64,000 bases of DNA. It comes from Octopus sinensis (taxonomy: Eukaryota). Under the pieces are notes generated by a model that was not told the DNA's origin, made no database searches, and saw nothing but the letters and a program-made list of their open reading frames with translations. Location: positions 26,040,001 to 26,104,000 of the forward strand of contig NC_043006.1 in the NCBI RefSeq assembly GCF_006345805.1, given 5' to 3'. Position numbers and translations under genes: made by a program. Below are positions 26,230-40,798 of this stretch, one piece after another (position 1 is the first letter of the stretch; the number at the start of each line of letters is the position of its first letter).

Positions 26230-26920
26230 GACATTCAAGAAACAATGTCACAGCAAACACTGCCCAAGCACAACATGATGGAGATGATGAGTACCACTTT
26301 GGTGGTACACAACATATTAATGGAATCACTTAAAAAAGAAAAAGATATTGTATACTATATGAATCATTATGCTTCTCAATCGATGATTCAAAGTAATTTG
26401 TTTAATTATTTTCATTACTGCCAAGATGTTTTTTCACCTGTATATTGTTATGTATGCCAAAACAGAGAATAAGAGGTTGTGGTATATAAAATACATCAAA
26501 AGAAGTATATTCAGAATTGTACATGCATTTACAATGATATTGCCACTCGGAGCTAGGATAACTTTGTATTCTCACATCCAGTTTTATACAAAGCCCAAGA
26601 AAAATGCATGAGAGGGTAGAATGTCATGACATATGTATGTAATTATGGACATCCAAATTTGTCCATTCCTTAAGCTTGTAATGCTAAATGGAACAAAACC
26701 TAAGCAAAGCTTTTTCTATGACATTTCTACTCAGACAACACCACCTAATTGCAAGAGTTTTTCATCTCAAGGTTTCCAAATTGATAGACCTTGTGAGTAT
26801 ATTGCACATATTTCAACCAGTACATTGCCACTTACATGGCAAAAAAGAGGCTTGCCTCATGCTCATATATCAATCTGGTTTTTGCATCCTAATGAGATTG
26901 ATTCCATAAATAACAGAAAT
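26230..26920 (+). pseudogene. Helitron Rep-domain fragment inside the Ral intron
   Basis: Frameshifted motifs MNHYASQ.MIQSN, LFHLYIV.MYAKTENKRL.YI, MTYV.NYGHP.L and the HUH motif WQKRGLPHAHI. Confidence 0.85.
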
Positions 26921-27131
26921 TCCACAACTGACAAAACTGGTATACTAGTGCTCCAATATTTTTTTGGCAAAGTCATAACACTCCACACAACTTATATATG
27001 TGTGTGTGTGTATTTGAAAATTTCTCCTGATTGTTATTTTTTAAACACTAGAAATGAAATTACAATTGTTTAAATAAAAAGCTTTTCAAAACTGCAATTA
27101 TTTATAGGTTTTTACCCACTTAGTTTCAAAT

Positions 27132-28693
27132 TACCGGAAAAAAACCATGTAATTTATGCACTTTTTTCGCAAAAAGAAAAATAAACTTTAGGGGGTGCGT
27201 AAATTACATGAGTAGACTGTGTCGAGAATTTTTTTTTAGAATTTTCTTTTTGTTGTTGAAAAATGGTGTACAAATGTAAACATTTATACAGGAAGTTGAC
27301 TCATTTAATATCAGAATAGGTTTTCACAGAAAAAATATGAAGTTGACTTTTATTTATGCTGGATGGTATCATGCTTACTTTTTCTGTATAACTTTACTAT
27401 TAAATGGTAAACTACTTTTTGAAGTTTGATGTTCATGCAGGTAATCACAGTCCGGGCCATATTTTACATTGCTTGGAGTGTGTACTTATCATAATGGAGC
27501 CCAGCAATTTCCTTAAATAGATCAGTTTTTCTCTGCTTAAGAAGTCTAGCTTGTGTTTGCCTCCGGGAAGCTATTGTTCACTTTCTATACATTATGACAA
27601 TGAAATTCATCACCGCTGACATCGCTGCTACCAGCTCTTACTGCACCTGACAACAACATCATAATCTATCCTTGCGCATGTAAACTCACTAAGTGGATAT
27701 GATTAAGCGTTCCTACAGAAACCTTCATTTACCTTATACGATGTTTAATATCATTTCACATTCATGTTGAATTATGCAGCAATCTTATGTTCTCTTCATA
27801 GAACACTTGTAATGTACGTATTACCAGTTCTTTTGGTATAGCAGATTTTTGCTATTCTTGTTTATGTCTCCTCGTAGAAGTGTATATTCTAACAAGTTGC
27901 TTCTTAAATTTTACACCTCACTTGTTCAATAAACATCAAGTTAAACTTGCAAAGCTATTTATTTTCTCCTTTTGATTTTTAATGTTTGTTTTAGTGGGTT
28001 ACCAAACTATCAGTTTGATCTCCTGGCTAAAACAGTAATGACAAATTTTTAAGCTTGCTTGACATTTTATAAGTGCCAAAGGGATTAAAATGTCAATACT
28101 CCGTATCAAAGGTTCCAACAAGAATAGGCAGAAAATCAGAGCTTCAGACAAGAAAACACTTTCAACCAATCAGAATTCTGTTTATATAATCAGTTTGATC
28201 AGTCACCTTCCTGTGTTGGTTGAGTAAAGTGTCATCCAAGCTGATGTTCATTGGTAATTAAACTTATTTTGCAACACTTGTGCATATTTATCAGCTTTGT
28301 TTTTGTTGATAAGAATTATCAAAAACTTTTCTTGTGATCGTGATTTGAGATGACATACAGGAGTATGCTAAAGATTGGACATAATCTCTTGTAGGCAAGA
28401 AGTGTAAAATAAAGTCTATTATAAACACAAACACTTCGTAATTCAATAGCTTTCAATGTGATACCTGTTAAACAGAAATTATTTTTATTTAATGAAAATT
28501 TAATAAAATCTAACCATAAGTAAGTGAAATTATGCTAAATACAACTAAATTGAAAACCTTTTACCCCTGGCCATATCAGCAATTCTGAAAACTTTTGGGT
28601 GCGAGTTTTACATGAGTAGCTTTAATAATTTTTACCCTGAAAATCACCTGCGTAAATTACACATGTGCGCAAATTACATGGGTTTTTACGGTA
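27132..28693. mobile_element. Tc1/mariner-superfamily (pogo-like) DNA transposon relic
   Basis: TA-flanked TIRs TACCGGAAAAAAACCATGTAATTT and AAATTACATGGGTTTTTACGGTA, with subterminal GCGTAAATTACA repeats. Internal coding sequence is too decayed to assign firmly. Confidence 0.6.
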
Positions 28694-28825
28694 TATACTT
28701 AGTGTTAGCTTTTTCATTTTCAAAACATTTTGCAAGAAGCATATGTTTTAAACATAGGAGATGGTGAGTCTGCACAAAAAATAGGATTACGGCCAGGGAT
28801 TGGGTTAGGATTTTGAAGTGAAGGT

Positions 28826-29045
28826 TTAATCCTCTAGCATTCAGATTACTCTGTCAAATGTAATGCTTCACAATTTTCTAATTGATTATGCATTATGTTG
28901 CAGTTTTGCAATTTCAATGATGTGATTGTTTATTTTTAGAATGACACTGTAAGGCAGATGTGAGAGGCTGGATCTGGCCAATTTCAACAAAAAGTAGTAA
29001 GAATATTTGGGCTCAATATGGACAGTTTAAATGCTAAATGGTTAA
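28826..29045. mobile_element. TTAA-flanked MITE (piggyBac-type ends), diverged
   Basis: TTAATCCTCTAGCATT at the left end and AATGCTAAATGGTTAA at the right end. Confidence 0.6.
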
Positions 29046-29772
29046 GGTAAGGGTTTAGGGCTAGGTTTCATAGTTAGCACTTAAGCTTAGGGTGTTGAGT
29101 TAAGGTTAAAATAACAATTATATGAAAATTGGGGAAATGAAAAGATTTGAATTTGTGTACAATATTTTGCAGAATTAAAATTGAATACATTTAAAACAGA
29201 ATATCTAAAAATATGTATTTAGAAACAAAATCTATGAAGTGTACTTAGCCAGAAACTTTGGTGAATATTTTTCTAAAAGATTTACTATAAATCAAATAAA
29301 TTGCATTCCAATGTTGCTGCTAATTTCTTGAGTTTTCAATTCAGGCAACACCATGTAGTTCAGCTAGTACACTCATAAATACACATATAAAGACACAGTT
29401 ATACAAACACAAACACACACACATTCATATACATACATCATCACTGCTTAATGTCCACTTTTCTATGCTTGCTTTGATCAAATAAGACGCATCAAGGTTA
29501 AAATTCTATGTCCAGATGTCCTTGCTGCTGCTAACCCTCAACTGTTTCCAAGCAAGGTATTATATCCCCTAGTTGTGTGTGTGCACATGCTAGATGTGTT
29601 TTTACAAAGTAATTTGTGACATTTGTGCAAAGAAAAACAGTTAAAGGAATCATATATCTCACTTAAGTAAAAGAAATAATTTTCATCTCTAAGACAAATT
29701 CAACCCTACATTCAATTTTCTGAAATCTTTAGCACTGCAACACTAAAAACCTGAAGTACTTAACTAACTTAC

Positions 29773-29880
29773 CTCATCGTACATAAATTGTAGGGTGAGG
29801 GCAGATTTGCCAACACCACCACTACCAACCATAATGACTTTGTGGATCACAGCAGGTTGTTGTGCCTTGGCCTTCGACAT
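29773..29880 (-). CDS. Ral: Ral GTPase, first coding exon ([36 protein letters not shown])
   Basis: Manual translation gives the G1/P-loop GSGGVGKS in the Ral-typical HKVIMVG...LQFMYDE context. Donor GAG|gtaagt at 29772. Upstream acceptor tttccag at 29912-29913 leaves 31 nt of 5'UTR in this exon. Confidence 0.98.
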
Positions 29881-30594
29881 GTTTTTGCAGAGTTGTGCAC
29901 CTTGCCAGCAACTGGAAATGAAACAACATATGTTAATGAGCAATATATCAATTAATAGCCATCAAAAAGATATGAAGCTCAAAGAAACATTGATTTCAAT
30001 CACAAGATCTCTTTCAAACAACAGAAAATAACCAGCTGCATCATGACTGCTTATAAGCTACTTCAAAAATTTACAACCCACTCCAAATAAAATGCAGAAA
30101 CATCTGTAGAAACAATATAGCTGGTTAGTACAGTAAAGAATAGATATCAACAACAAATATCTGATTTTCAATGATATAATTAAAGAGACTAACAGACAAA
30201 ACCAAACAGGAACAGGCTAGCTGACCAAGAAAGAGATGCAGACAAGCTGAAGCAAACAGTAATATGTTGATCAAATTTTCTTCTTAATTAACAATTATTT
30301 CAGTTAACAATTAAACGATGTAAACAGTGTGTATACCATTCATAAACAAGCACATCGTATTTACAATGGTTGAACATATGCTCATGAAGGTGTGCACTTG
30401 CACCCCCTAAAATTTTCAGGGAGCAATAAAAATGCTTTCAACATCCTCTTGAAAACTTCACCGCCAACATGAATGAGCATAGAAACGTTTTTGGACTGAT
30501 TTGAAACATTACTTGGATTTAGCCAGTTTGATTGGTGTACAAAAGTAATAATAATGATTAGTATTATAATTAATAAGGCAATGAGCTGGCAGAA

Positions 30595-30790
30595 GCATTA
30601 GCGCACCGGACAATATGCTTAGCAGTGCTTCGCCTGTCACTATGTTCTGAGTTCAAATTCTGCCGAGGTCGACTGTACCTTTCATCCTTTCAGAGTCAAT
30701 AAAACAAGTACCAGTTGAACACTGGGGTCAATGTAATCAACTCATCCCCTTCCCCCAAATTGCTGTCTTTATGGCAAAATTTGATACCAT
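30595..30790 (+). mobile_element. tRNA-derived SINE family C
   Basis: GAGCTGGCAGAAGCATTAGC head, B-box-like GAGTTCAAATTC, central CCTTTCATCCTTTC...AATAAAACAAGTACCAG domain, then (ATT)n tail. Confidence 0.8.
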
Positions 30791-31774
30791 TATTATTATT
30801 ATTGTTATTATTACTATTATTATTATTATTATACCCATGTTTGCTTTCATATTAATCAACTTTGTAAAGATATTTTGGACCTGGGTTTGTACCTTCTAAG
30901 TAAATGTGGTTCCTGCACTTATGTGCTTGGAATGTGTTTTTGAGTGAAAACAAGTGTTACTCAAGTGTATCTTCTTTTATATTTTCTTTTATCTTTTATT
31001 TGTCTTGAAGGATTTTAGTTGAACAAATTAACCCCAGTACACTAAGACATACATATATCTACGACAGGTTTCTTTCAGTTTCCATGGGCAACCCGGGACT
31101 ATAACAGAAGTCACTTGCCCAAGGTGCCACTCAGTGAGACTGAACCTGGAACCATGTGGTTGGGAGGCAAGCTTTTTACCACACAGCCATGCCTGCACCT
31201 ATAAAGTATGGGTAATTTTTTTTTTTCAATTGTTTCCTGAAACTACAAAATGGAAAAAACTCAGCAAAGAAAGTACAAGATTAACACAGGAAAGATAGCA
31301 ACAAATTTCATAAAAATTGAACTCTAATTATTGTATACATGCCATAATTCCTAATATTGCTCATAGGAGAAAAGCTATACTTCCAAACTTACCTATCATA
31401 CAACAGGTAACTTGCAACAAACTGACGAAATCTGTTAAGACAGATTTCCTATGACCAGATACTCTTCTGGTCATCAACACTCACCTGTTTCTAAGAGAGG
31501 TAATATTTTTCTTTGGCAAGATATTTTTCTCGTATGACTAGCAACAAACATCATTTATATGACAATGATGCTCACTTAAAGCTATCATGTGCTGTCAAGG
31601 GATACACACACAACACAACAGGCTTCTTTCAGTTTCCATTTACCAAATCCAATCTCAAAGCTTTGATCAGCCCAGTCTATACTAGAAGTCACTTATTCAT
31701 GGTTCCCTGAAATGGGACTGAGCCCGAGATCACATAATTCGGAAGCAAAGCACTTAACAATAGAGCCACACTAT

Positions 31775-31811
<37 letters not shown>

Positions 31812-33393
31812 AGATATATATAAATTTATAGATATATTTTATGATTTTAATTAAGCAATACTAATAATGAACTGTTACAACTCAATATGCATATGCTTTA
31901 GTGTTAGGCAAGTACAGACAGTAGTATTAATTATTGAATGATAAGAGAATGGGAATTACATCATCAGTTTCATTAGCTTACAGCTGTTTTTGCAATAGCA
32001 AGCAGAGCACTCAGAGCTCAATCCTTATGCAACATACACACACACACATATATATATATTAAAGAGAGTTTGTGTGTGTGTGTGCATATGTTCCTTATGT
32101 ATTCCAAAACAGAGTTGCCGATTTTGGCATAATGGGGTATCAAAAGATTCAGCATTATTTCTGTTACCAACTAAACTTTATTTTCATTGACATATTTGCA
32201 TTTCAAAAATTTTAAATTATAATCTTTTCCGGAAGTCAACTATTGTAAACATTTTATATGTTGATGATGACGTTATATTTTCTATATGTGTGTGTGTACT
32301 TTAAAACACATCCTTCATCACAACACACACCTTCACTCACTCACTTGCACATACACACACATCCATTTCATATACATAAACATACATCTTTCACTTCTCA
32401 TTTCCTTCACTTTCTGCTCTCCTCAAAGCATAAAGAAATAGATTTTTACAGAATGACCAACTGATACGCAGAATGAGAAAAAGACAGAGAGACAAAAGAA
32501 AGACACAGAGACAGACAAAAAGTCTCTATAGGAGAAGTTGAAAGACAGGGACAGCGGGCAAGAGACAGACGCTGATCTTTCATTCCCTACATAGGTTCTA
32601 TAGTTGAAAGACAGTACAAAATTGATACTGTATGTTCTATAGGTGAAGGTTAAAGAAAGCCAGCACAAAGAGAGGGGGGAAAGCGGGAGAGAGGGGGGAA
32701 AGCGGGAGAGAAGGGGATGCCAAGAACCCCTGAAATGAGGTCGTGTCATACAATTTTAAGGTCATTTTCATTTTTGTCCCATGTATGAATTGTTATTTTT
32801 TGCTGTGCACTAAATTACAGCTCAAATTTTATGGAAATTACTTTTTCCTATTCTTTCATTCCTGTTTGTGATGAGCGTATTTCAAAACTTGATCTTCCAT
32901 TTAAACTTACAAAGAAGTTATCTCAGTCCTTTACCTGTTGTTTCTAGCATGTCCAAGATGATATTTGCATGCGCACCCCTACCTCACTATTTCTTTCCTC
33001 AATTTACTCACATTCCTACTTTTCCATACAGGAGATTTGCATTTCACCAACAAAGCAGGTTGCTGATTGGTGGCTGAGGTGGGGGAAGGGGCATTCAGTA
33101 TTTCTTTCAGAAAAATTTAATTTTCAGAAACAAATTATATTTCCTACATTCGTAATCTCTGTATTTTTATGCACGCATAAAAAACAAAATTTGAAAAACA
33201 GTTGAAAATTAGGAAATTCCAGTGGGGAATATACAAATATATACATACACATTACATATAAAAGCATGAGCACAAATGCAAAAACATGCCCACACAAACA
33301 CACATGTACACATAGAGAAGACATACATACACATATACCTAAGAGTATATAAGAACTAATAAAAAATGAAAGAGAGGTAATCAAAAAGACTAT

Positions 33394-33620
33394 TTAACCC
33401 TTTAGTATTTAAACCGGCCATATCCAGCCAAAATATTTAATCTGTTTTATGTTCAAACTGCCCAGATCCAGGCTCTCACATCTACCCTACAATGTTATTC
33501 TACATTAAGTAATTACACCACCAAGATCTTGGAGATATGAGATAATGCATGATTAATTCAAATCAATGGGAATCAATAAGCATTATGTTTGATAGAATAA
33601 TCTGAACACTAAAGGGTTAA
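33394..33620. mobile_element. TTAA-flanked MITE (piggyBac-type ends)
   Basis: TTAACCCTTTAG...CTAAAGGGTTAA. A closely similar second copy lies at 40799-41003. Confidence 0.85.
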
Positions 33621-33869
33621 GGTTAATGAAAAGGAATTTGGATATATGTTTACAAGAAAAAACTCTTTCATCTCTCAAATTTAAGATGGTACCATTCATT
33701 TTCATAATTATATAAGACTCTTCTAGGCATAAAAGACAAGTTCTATTTCTAATCCTATAAGGGGCAGAAGAAACAATATTCCAAGAAACTGAGAAATTTA
33801 TGTATGTATGTATGTGTGTGTGCACGCATCATATGTGAATACGTACACCTTTATTAATGACTAGTCTAT

Positions 33870-34765
33870 GCTGTGGGGTGCATTCCTCATCCGGGAGGGT
33901 GTTTGTATTTATGAGCAACCCTGCGTCCCTCTGTCTCGTAAGGATGAAATGTATCTGGCCAGCAGAGTCCCTGATTGATAGGTTATCAGGTGGTTGTCTG
34001 GCTTCCTGAACTTAGTGTTGCTGATTAAAAGGTTACATGCATCACAGAACTCTAGTAGCCTAGTTCCCTCATCGTTCTGGGAACCAATACCATGCCCCGT
34101 GTACACCAGTGAAGATACCGGATTTCTGCCTGACATGCCCATTAAAATCTCCAGCCTTGAAGGTGAGGTCATTGCCACTCGTCTTTGAGGCAGCCTGTAA
34201 GAGGTCCTTCTGATCATTTGGCAGCCCCGCTTGTGGAGCGTAGGCAGAGATAACTGTAGCTGTGCTGTTTTGCAGGACTAGCCTGAGCTTAAGCATTCTA
34301 TCTCATACCCTGACAACCTCTATGACCTTATCCACCCATTTCTCTGCAAGGAGTATACCTACACCCCCTACTCCATCTATGTTACCTTGCTAGAAGACTT
34401 TATACCTGTGAGGATCCTAGCTGAACCTCCTCTCCATCTTACCTCTTGTATGCAGCATACATCAACCCGCCTCCTTTCAAGTATCTCTACAATCTCTCTA
34501 GATCTACCTTTCAGTGTGCCTACATTGACAGTGCCAACTCTGAAAATTGGGAAGGGAATGTGGGGTGAGGCTTGGGGAGGAGAGATGTTATTCAGCACCT
34601 GAAAAGAAGAGGGAGGTTGTCATGTTCATTTGTTAGGCATGCTTCACCTGTTCTCACTTCCGAGCTGACAATATTCAAACATTCAAGCATGTTAAGATTG
34701 TTGCCCCTACTGGATGTGAGAGCAGGTGTTAGCGGCGTTGTAAGCATAAGCATTATGGTCATCGA
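33870..34765 (-). mobile_element. RTE LINE 5' portion with AP-endonuclease domain
   Basis: FRVGTVNVGTLKGRS...VDVCCIQEVRWRGGS, VISAYAPQAG, GDFNGHV, EGTRLLEFCDACNLLISNT, with frameshifts. Confidence 0.9.
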
Positions 34766-37511
34766 ATAATGTAAATTTAAGCAGTGTAGTAAAATATGGA
34801 TATTCCAATGTTAGATTAGGTAGGGAGCCAGCTAAAACTGGTTGCATTTGTCCAGGAAGAGGGGGATTGCAGGTATGATGGAGGGTACCACCAGTGGGGG
34901 AGGGTTCAGACAGAGGGAGAGGAAACAAGCTCATCCCTACATACATACAAGCGCATGCATGCGCACCCACACACAGGGACAAGCACACATGGACAGCCAA
35001 ATAGCTTTCTCCTTCACTTGATAAGGCCAAGGAAAATTCCTGGGTAGTTGTTGGCATGTTTCTAGATGGAACGAAAACAAAAAGATAGCTGGTGAAGTAG
35101 GTGGGCAGATAACTTGGTTGCATTTGTCCCAGTAAAGAGAGAGAGAAAGAGAGGGAGAGAAATAGAGAGTGCAGGTTATATAGGGAACAGTACCAGTGAG
35201 GAGGGGGAATTGAGAGAAGAGACATCTGGTATTGGTGGTGACAAATTTTTTTGGAAATTTTTTCAGTGGATTCCTATGTTTTTGATGACGGAGATTCTAA
35301 ATATACCAAAAAACATGTTTTCAAAATTTTCAACTCCCCAAATTTTTTAATTTTAACTTTTTTCGAATTTTTTTTTTTTTTAAATCTGAGTGGAAAAATA
35401 TGGAGATTAAGAATATGGAAAAAAAATAATAATTTCGAATTTTCTATGAGGAAACTCCAAAATTGAATCATACACTGCTTGCCAGTCCATCCCGCAATCG
35501 AAAAGTGAAAAGCTTGCAAACATGAAAGGCTACTAAATGTGACAGAGCTGTCCTAATCTGAACATAAGTGAGGGTCCGACCATTCTTCTTGGCAGCAGTT
35601 AAGAATATGAAGACTATAAAAGCCCCTTGTTCATCAGGAACTATTTCTAAAATGCATAAAATACGTGGCATATTAGAATAACTTTGATAGGTCTTGGCCA
35701 GTATAGGCCCAGGCCATGTCTAACTCAATAGCACCACTGGCCTAATTTTGGAGGTAAGGTGGGGAATTTTGGAAAATTCACCAGAGTCCACTTCAATTTG
35801 TCTTAACTTTCAAGAAAACGGATACTTTTTAATGAAATTCTCTACAAATATGGACTTGTTCAGAAACACCCACGAGTGGGGAACAGTTCTCAAAAATAAC
35901 CCCCAATTGTTTTCCCCCAAAATTCCTATGTCCTCAAAATCTACATATTGTAGAGAATTTCATTAAAAAATATCCATTTATATGACAGTTATGATTATCC
36001 AAAGTCGGGGTGGGGCAGAAATCTGTAGTTATGCCTAGTAATATACCAAAATTTCATGAAACACGTTTGATATTCAATGGGGGTCTTTTTATGAGGGTCA
36101 ATGATTCACTCAATTTTTTTTTATCCAAATAACAACATCCATACTCAGACTATAGAAGGGCAATGGATGTTCATCAAGAAGAAAGGCGACATTGTGGAGT
36201 TACTCCTTTACTTGTTTCAGTCACTTGACTGCGACCAAGCTGGAGCACCGCCTTGAAGGGCTTTAGTCAAATGAAACAACCCTTATTTTTGAAGCCTAGT
36301 ACTTATTCTATTGGGGCTTTTTTGCTGAACCGCTAAGTTATGGGGATGTAAATACCGCAATATTAGTCAAGTAAAGGGTTGGGTTCAAAATTCCACCAGA
36401 ACACATGATGAAGGCTGGAGAGTACATCAGCCGAAACGTGATAACAACAAACACTACGAGGACAACTATCTCTTCATTGTAAATAATGTACAGCAACTGC
36501 GGTTATAAGCGGTGACAGGTTGTCAAACACAAAGACACACATAAATACATACATATATATATACATATATAGGCTGACTTCGGAGTTAAGAAGCACCAAC
36601 AAGTTGGAATTTCTCCATTTTGGCAGAGATTTTTCAGATATCTTTTTACAGTGTCCTTGGAAATGATCTGGAGTATCTGTTTAACAAAAAAACTTATCTT
36701 CCCTTCTCTGGAGCGATAGTGGTCAATTTTGTGGGCACCATGCAATTAAAATCAAGGCATAACTAAAGATTTCCACCCCACTGACTTTGGATGATCATAA
36801 TTTTCAGAAAAGTGGATATTTTTTAATGAAATTTTCTACGAATATGTGTTATATCATGTAGATTCTGAATATACAAAATTTTGGTGTGGGGTGGAGATAC
36901 ACATGAACGAAGTCCCATGAAGTTTTTATTCTTTCTGAATAAAGAACACAAACATATTGTTGAATATCATGATTGCTTCTATCAGGATCGTATACCTTTA
37001 AAGTGAAAAAGCAAAACCGACGTATATGACAGGTATGTAAAACATATTTTAGTGTATTTTCTCTGTTCATTCGCACACACAAACACACAAGCCGTTCATT
37101 TTCACTTTTAGATAGCGGGAGGGGTGAATAAATCAATTTTGGAGTTTCCTCACAGAAAATTTTTTAATTTGGAGTGGGGAGGAGGGAAGTGAACATTTTG
37201 AAAACATGGTTTTTAGCATATTCAGAATCTCTGTCATTGCAAACAAAGAAATCTGCTGAAAAAATTTTTAAAAAAGGTTGATATTTTCATGCCGGTGTAC
37301 TTGTAAACGTTAACCCTCCCCACCTCCTTGGAAAGATTCTTTCCCATAAATCCCTAGATATTCTGAATCTACAACATCTAAGCGGTATTTGCTGAAAATT
37401 TCGTTAAAGAGTATCTATTTTTCTGGAAGTTATGAGGCAACAAAGGGTAAATTTCCCCAATGAAGTTAGTGGGGGGTAGACATCTGTAGTTATGCCAGAC
37501 TCTCCAGTTAG

Positions 37512-37625
37512 CAAAAAGATGTGTACGACTTTGTTTTTAACAGTTTGGGGAGGAACACATCTGCATTGTTTTTCATTGATGCTTCAGGTGGGACAGGAAA
37601 GACATTCCTGATAAATAATCAATAA
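37512..37625 (+). pseudogene. Helitron PIF1-type helicase Walker A fragment
   Basis: Translates QKDVYDFVFNSLGRNTSALFFIDASGGTGKTFLINNQ*, matching the Helitron FFIDAPGGTGKTFL motif. Confidence 0.8.
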
Positions 37626-38687
37626 AACCTTAAACATAACTTGTAGACCAGACTTATGAGGACACGGATGAACTGAATTAACTTCCATTTCAATGCAATA
37701 TTGAAATCAGCTTCAACAGGTCACGGATAGCCTAGTATGTTGAATAAAACTATAACTGACCCTCCTGCATTTTCTTTTACCCAAAGCCCAGAACTTTTCA
37801 ACACCCCTTTGTACACACACACACACACACACGTGTAAGTACATACACAAATAAATACATACATATAAATAAGCATATACGTATGTATCTATGTATGCAT
37901 ATATGTACATACGTACGTACGTATGTGCATACATACATAGTAATAAACTAATTATACATCAAAATACTATAGACCTAAACCAAAGACAACTTTTGAGTGG
38001 ATTAGTAAAAGGAAACTAAAAGAAGCCTAATGTATGTGTGTGTGTGCATGTGCACATGCATATACAGGTATGACTGTGATTGAGAAACTTGCTTCCCAAC
38101 CATGTGGTTTCAGATTCAATTCCACAACACACCTTGGGCAAGTGTCTTCTACGATAGCCTCAGGCCAACCAAAGCCTTTTGAGCGAAGCAAACAGGCACA
38201 ACAGAATGAATGACTAGCAAAATTTAAACCCATATCCCATGTGTTTTTCCACTCATGTCTGCTAAAAACTGTAGATACTGAAAATATTTCTTGGAAATAT
38301 TTTTAAAAAGGCGTGGCAGAAATTTGTCTGCAGTTGCTGTTACCAAATAAGCAAGCATTAAATCCACTGGCCAAGATCAGTAGCATAACAATTTAATATG
38401 ATCTGCTCAAGTGTTGGTTTCATAATAATAAAAATGGCATGGTTACCCACATGATAATTTCTAGGAAATAAAAAGTAAAATGATTTTTACAAATGCAAAC
38501 TGAAATTCTAACAGTATATTGATCTTATCAAAAAAAAAAAAATTAATAAGGAAAAAAGAAAAAAATATTGACGAAGTCTGGTGATAATCTACAAGTGAGC
38601 TGGCACAATGGGCAAAATGCTTAGCAGTATTTCGTCTGTCTTTACGTTCCGAGTTCAGATTCTGCAGAGGTCAACTTTGCCTTTTTA

Positions 38688-38822
38688 GGCGTAGGAGTGG
38701 CTGTGTGGTAAGTCGTTTGCTTACCAATCACATGGTTCCGGGTTCAGTCCCACCTTGGGCAGACCAAAGCCTTGTGAGTGGATTTGGTAGAAGGAAACTG
38801 AAAGAAGCCCATCGTATGTATA

Positions 38823-38918
<96 letters not shown>

Positions 38919-39267
38919 TGTATATATAGGTGGAGGCACAATGGCCCAGTGGTTAGGGCAGCGAACTCGCAGTCGTAGGATTGTGACTTCGATTCCCAGA
39001 CCGGGCGTTGTGAGTGTTTATTGAGCGAAAACACCTAAAGCTCCACGAGGCTCTGGCAGGGGGTGGTGGTGATCTCTGCTGTACTCTTTCGCCACAAGTT
39101 TCTCTCACCCTTTCTTCTGTTGGCCTGCTCACTTAGCCAGCGGGGTGGTGTCATTTGAAGGCTAAAACAATGTAAAGTGCATTGTGACCAGCGATGTGTA
39201 GCAACATCTGATAGCCTGGTCGGTCGTGTGTGTGATATATATATATATGTATGTATGTATGTATGTA

Positions 39268-39304
<37 letters not shown>

Positions 39305-39529
39305 GTTATGTGTGTGTGTGTGTGTATATGTTTCTGTGTTTGTCCCCCCAACATCGCTTGACAACCGATGCTGGTGTGTTTACGTCCCTGTAACTTAGCA
39401 GTTCGGCAAAAGAGACCAATAGAATACGTACTAGGCTTACAAAGAATAAGTCCTGAGGTCGATTTGCTCGACTGAAGGTGATGCTCCAGCATGTCCACAA
39501 TCAAATGATTGAAACAAGTAAAAGAGTAA
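38688..39529 (+). mobile_element. SINE family A with SINE family B nested in its central (TA)n
   Basis: A head at 38688-38815, B at about 38929-39234, and A 3' half at about 39335-39529. A SINE C head directly precedes it at about 38595-38687. Confidence 0.85.
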
Positions 39530-40798
39530 GTGATGACTTAAACATAGAATTATGAATTAAGCCTATCTATAAACTTTCAATTATTAATACAAACATTAGA
39601 TTTCCTCTTTAATTACAGCCAAAACTTGCAAAATTATCAAAACCACAGTAAAAGAAATTGAGTATCAAGTTCACGCTCCATTTCTCTTACTGTGGCTTTG
39701 ATGGACCAAGGAAACTACAAATCTTATCTCTTTTAGAAAGTTTACTCAGCCATTGCTTAATTTAGGAATTTTGTTAAAATTCAAAAATCTAGAAGCTATT
39801 AAAAAATTAACCAGGTTGATAACTGAAGAGAGATAAAGTTAACATAACTTTGTACCCACTGATAAATTTAAAACCTGCTTGCTCCTAATGTTGAGAAATA
39901 GGCCAACAGGTTCTTGTGAAGTTAGGTATTTGCTGACTTTTAGATGATAAATTATGTGGTTCTATCTCAAAATTTAATCTACTTTAGCCATCACTCACAG
40001 AAAATTTAATGGTTTTAAAATCTCAGTTGCATGTAAACTAAGCTTTCACAGAGTTGTCTATGCTATTTAAAAAAACAAAAAGAATTCAGAAAGTTAAAAC
40101 CGCAGATAATGATTTAAAAATTAAGAGTTTTCTTAAAATTGTACAAACTCAGAAATGATTCAGTATAAGAGAATATTTAATTATGAAGAGCATACAAAAA
40201 CTTGCCAGTAAAGACAATACCTTTTACACAGAGACAAGTTATGAATACTATCATCTTTAGAATATGGGAGATGTCAAGAGGAAGACGATTCCAGAAAAGT
40301 ATCAAATACATTACTACCAACAACATCAGCATCAATAAGCCAGTGAAAGAGCTGTGTAATCATATGAACCAACCAATATAGCAACCAAATATCCTTGAAT
40401 AGATTTCCTATTGACTTTAAATGGAAACTACAGCATAAGTCAAAGAAATATAGTAACTTAGAATACCCGGGAAAAATAGGAAGGGAATCCTGCTGCATAA
40501 AAAACAAATAATAAAGTAGGTGCTAACATAATGTAGTGAGCCAAGATATTTCAATTAAAATTAACCCTAAGCAATGAGGAAAAAAAAATCAGTATTTGAA
40601 TTAATCTTTATCAAAAATTTTTAATTAAAAATAAACTGAGTGATCTGGTCTTTGACAGTACAGCAACACCTCTATTTTGGTATTAGTAGACTGTGTCAAA
40701 AAAACATGGCCTGTTACTACCAGATCTGAAAATGATGAGAGAAAACACAAGATTTTCACACAACTGGAGTTCAAGATATTTTTCTCCCAGCTCTTCCT

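Noticed and set aside
38705-39500. ORFs full of YIYIYI or THTH in the supplied track (also 19889-20299 and 60564-61046)
   Set aside because: They are translations of (TA)n/(TG)n microsatellites inside SINEs.
40274-40507. 77-aa minus-strand ORF
   Set aside because: No homology recognised. Its length is within chance expectation.
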